64,000 nt of DNA from assembly GCF_009914755.1 (NCBI RefSeq), contig NC_060936.1. The stretch is one strand, 5' to 3'. Position numbers and translations under genes: made by a program. Of the stretch, positions 60,301 through 64,000 are shown piece by piece; the stretch's first letter is position 1, and every line of letters begins with the position of its first letter. The stretch comes from the human T2T-CHM13v2.0 reference genome, Homo sapiens. A model generated the notes under the pieces. It worked only from the letters and a program-made list of their open reading frames with translations. It made no database searches and was not told where the DNA came from.

Positions 60301-62195
60301 ACAGCCTTGAGGGGTCTAGGGATGAGGTAAATAAGGATTGTAAGCTGTGGAATGAATGGAGAAAGTGAAATCTCTATGACATAAACTAGAAGAGAAAAGT
60401 GGTGGAAGAAATGTCCTGAAATTTCTCAGTGATCAATTTGTCTTAGTTTACCTGAGACTTTCATGTTTATAACATTGAAAGACACTTGTGTTGGGAACTC
60501 ATCACACCCAGACAAACCAGGATATTTGATCAACCTAGTTGAAAGGTCTGTTTGTGGTTTGTAATCAAGAACTAATAATGTACCCATTAAGGTCTTATTA
60601 CTATCATTAAATACAAAAGTCATTTCCATTTTAAGAATGGAAAGCCAGGAAAAAATGTTTAAGCAGGAGCTGTAAAATATTTAATACGTGCTAATTTCTC
60701 CAATCATTATAAATTAATATTTTCTACTCATAAAAATTTTAAGAGTTAAGGCATTTGATTCTTCTATATATTTATCACCTTGATAATTAAGCAATGATTG
60801 CTTAGGGTAATTTATATATATTCGCAGTAGTTATATTTTAATTCTAAGTTTTTCTACACCTAACTCAAGGCTATATTACACGGTTTTAGAATGTTATCTT
60901 TAGAAATTTGTTTTAGTAGTAAAAATATGGTATTTTTATTTTTAATATTCTAAATATTTCTAAACTAATTTTGATGAATGTGTGCCTCTTCTTTGGAAAT
61001 TAAAAAGTGAGTTTGAGTTTTTAACTTTTTTATCCTCAGAGTACTTTAGAAACAAAAATTTTCTTTAAAAGTCTTAGTTTTTGTTATGTTTCTAAATTGA
61101 CATTAGTGAAGCATTACTTGACTCAAGCTTTTGAAAGGATTGGGCATTCTGCTTTTCTGTTGTTTCTGGCTAAGCTGAGAGATCCAACATACAGGTACTG
61201 ATACAAGATTGGTCAACTTTTGAAGGATCTGAAATCATTTAAATATAAGTAATGTTCTAGGGATATTTAATTTTCCTATTTTGGGTGCTTTATGCTGGAT
61301 ATTTACATTTTCTTCTCATTGTGTCTCTTCCTTTTTCTACTTGTAGAGTGTTCTGCTACACAGAAATTTAACTACACAGAAAGAATATAATATATTCATT
61401 AATGACACTGACAGGATTTATTGGTCTATGTTGCATTCCACATATCACCTCTGTGTTACTGGACACATTTTATAGTATGTCAGAGTTTTAGTTTTCTTAT
61501 TTTTAAAAATGGGTAATCAGTGCCTAGTACATAGTGTTTTGACTCTTCAAAAAGTTAATGTAGATAAAACAATTCAAGTGTCTGGCATATAGAAGGCATG
61601 GGATGAAAGGGCAACTTTTCATATTACTTATTGAAGAACAGTTAAAAACTCAAAGAGGCAAAGAGTAAAATGGTGGTTATCAGAGCCTCAGGAAATGGGG
61701 AGTTGTTCAAGGGGTATAAAATTTCAGTTATACAGGATGAACAAGTTCTAGAGGTCTGCTATATCATACTATTCATAGTTAACAATACTGTATTGTACAC
61801 TAAAAATTTTGAGAGAAAAAAATGCATGAACTCCTTTATCAATAGAATTTTCATAACTAACACTATGTTTACTATGGGCCAGTAACTACATGTATTCATT
61901 TAATCCTGACAACACCTCTATAAGGTAAGTTCTATTATTTATTATCCCATTTTTTTAGATGAGAAAACTAAGGCACAGTAATATTGAATGCCTTACTCAA
62001 GACTATAAAAACCCCACAAGTCACAGTGCTGGGATTTGAATACATATGTTTTGGTTCCTCTGTCTGTCCAAGAAACTCTCAGTTTTGATTCCTGTACTTT
62101 GCTCTTAGTCATGCCTTAGGTAATATTGCTCCTCCCTCTCTTTTTGTCTCCCAATGTGTTCTGGACAGACTTTTCTCATAAGACCTGTAATACAG

Positions 62196-62558
62196 TGATA
62201 TTGTTTGGCTGTGTCCCCACTCAAATCTCATCTTGAATTGTAGCTCCCATAATTCCCACATGTTGTGGGAGAGACCTAGTGGGAGATAACTGAATCATGG
62301 GGGCGGCTTCCCTCATACTGTTCTCATGGTAGTGAATAAGTCTCATGAGATCTGATGGTTTTATAAGGCGTTTCCCCTTTCACTTGGCTCTCTTTCTCTC
62401 TTTCCTGCTGCCATGTAAGATACGCCTTTTGCCTTTCACCATGATTTTGAGGCCTCCTCAGCCATGTGGAACTGTGAATCCATTAAACCTCTTTTTTCTC
62501 TATAAATTACCCAATCTTGGGTATGTCTTTATCAGCAGTATGAAAATGGATTAATACA
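62196..62558 (+). mobile_element. THE1 solo LTR
   Basis: tgatattgtttggctgtgtccccac...ttaataca with 5-bp TSD TACAG. Confidence 0.9.
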
Positions 62559-63599
62559 TACAGTATTGCCTCTAAATTTGTTTCTATGTCTATCTTCCTG
62601 TGCTAGGCAGAAATATTCATGAGAACGGTAGTTATTTGAAACTAAGTTTTGTGTCTACAGAACTTGGAATACAGAGACACTCTACATTCACTCAACCTTT
62701 GCAGGGGGAACTCTCTATTTTTTTCTATACTCCCTAACTATGCCATTCTCTGTGTATATAAAAGTATTCCAGTGTGAGTCCTCTTGAGTACCCCCAAGGT
62801 TGACAGTGACACATTTGAACAAGAAATACGGACATATTATAGAATTACATGTAGCACTAAGAATTCCTTCTCATTAACTAAAAGGCTCTGGTTTCATCTG
62901 CAGGCCATGCAACATGGTGTCTGATGTTGTGCAATATTTTCCTCTCTCTGTTGCTTCTTAGGATTGAGTGAGAAGAAGCCTGTTTTTAAATAAATAAACA
63001 GCCAAGAATCTGAACAGGCTGGCTTCAAACCTGCTATGTAACAGCTTTGTGATGTCTGGCAAGTTACTATCCCCTTTGAATTATGGTTTTCTCCATGATA
63101 ATGAGAAGAGTAATATTAACACTCTGACAGGGAGGTTTTAATAATCCAATGAGATAATGTGAAGTGCTGAGCATATAGGCCACAGATAGTATATGCTCAA
63201 TTAGTGCAAAATATTATTACTATTACCATCATCTTCATCCTCATCATCTCTTATCCCCTTGAACTGCTGTGGCCTAATCTCAGAGGCAAAGATTTTATCC
63301 TGCTCATCAATTACTCTCTGTTCTACAAATACATTCCACCACCAGGTTTCGAGTAATGATACACAATATTTTCATCCCAAATCTTTGGTTATTTGATCAT
63401 TTTTATGAGACCGAAGCTGAATTATTAAAACTGCTTTATATTTGAATATAAAATCTATGTATAAATATGCTTCAAACCTAGCCTATTCCAAAACTTTTTT
63501 CTTGGGTCATGTCATGTGGTTTCCCTGTAGAGTTGAAGCTGTGCAGTTTTGAGGATGACAAAGTGGACTCAATTGTAATTCTGCTTTGAGGTACCTGAC

Positions 63600-63774
63600 C
63601 TTCATTTGTGTGTGGCCCCAGAACCCCTGTGAATTCAGGCTCCTGGGGAGAAGAGCCATCAATCAGCCTGGGAGTAGATTCCTCCTCCTCTTCCTCTTCC
63701 TGGGCCTTCTCAGGCTGTGGGGGTGGAGTGAGGAGCTCTCTGTTCCCTGAAGGCATCACTGTGGCTATTTCAAT
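63600..63774 (-). CDS. EPYC: Epiphycan coding exon (probably exon 3): IEIATVMPSGNRELL...GPHTNE
   Basis: Poly-T tract plus cag acceptor (63775-63776), gtcagg donor (63598-63599); 175 nt, phase 0 to 1; translation matches recalled epiphycan sequence. Confidence 0.93.
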
Positions 63775-64000
63775 CTGAAAAAAAAAAAAAAAAGAGAATT
63801 TCTTCAGGCCAACTTCTCAGTCACTCTGTGTGGCAGTGACACAAATTTAAAATGTACCCATATTTGCCACAAGAGGACACTCATGTTCTAAAGTTCAATA
63901 GTTTGACCATCCTGCTTGCTTGGAGGAACACACATGGTTCTAGTAACTGTTGTTTTTAATTAGTTTTGTTTCTCAAATCTTAGAAGTTGTTTCCAATGCC

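Overview
Mammalian (almost certainly human) genomic DNA, AT-rich and repeat-dense. The gene content matches the CCER1-EPYC locus (recalled as chr12q21.33). It holds the complete intronless testis gene CCER1 (minus strand, CDS 39030-40250, CpG island and promoter) and the last five coding exons of epiphycan EPYC (minus strand, 49664-63774). The left 35 kb is transposon-derived or non-coding, probably spanned by the lncRNA LINC00615, and includes an 11-kb nested cluster (MER5 split by two tail-to-tail L1s, one carrying a MER11 LTR). The most notable observation is a HEXIM-like motif in CCER1 (APPNTTQFIM versus HEXIM1 APYNTTQFLM) with a basic tract before it and coiled-coil and acidic regions after it. 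Also notable: convergent CTCF-like motifs around CCER1, one of them between two 162-bp direct repeats. Repeat family names come from recalled consensus sequences, not a database search.
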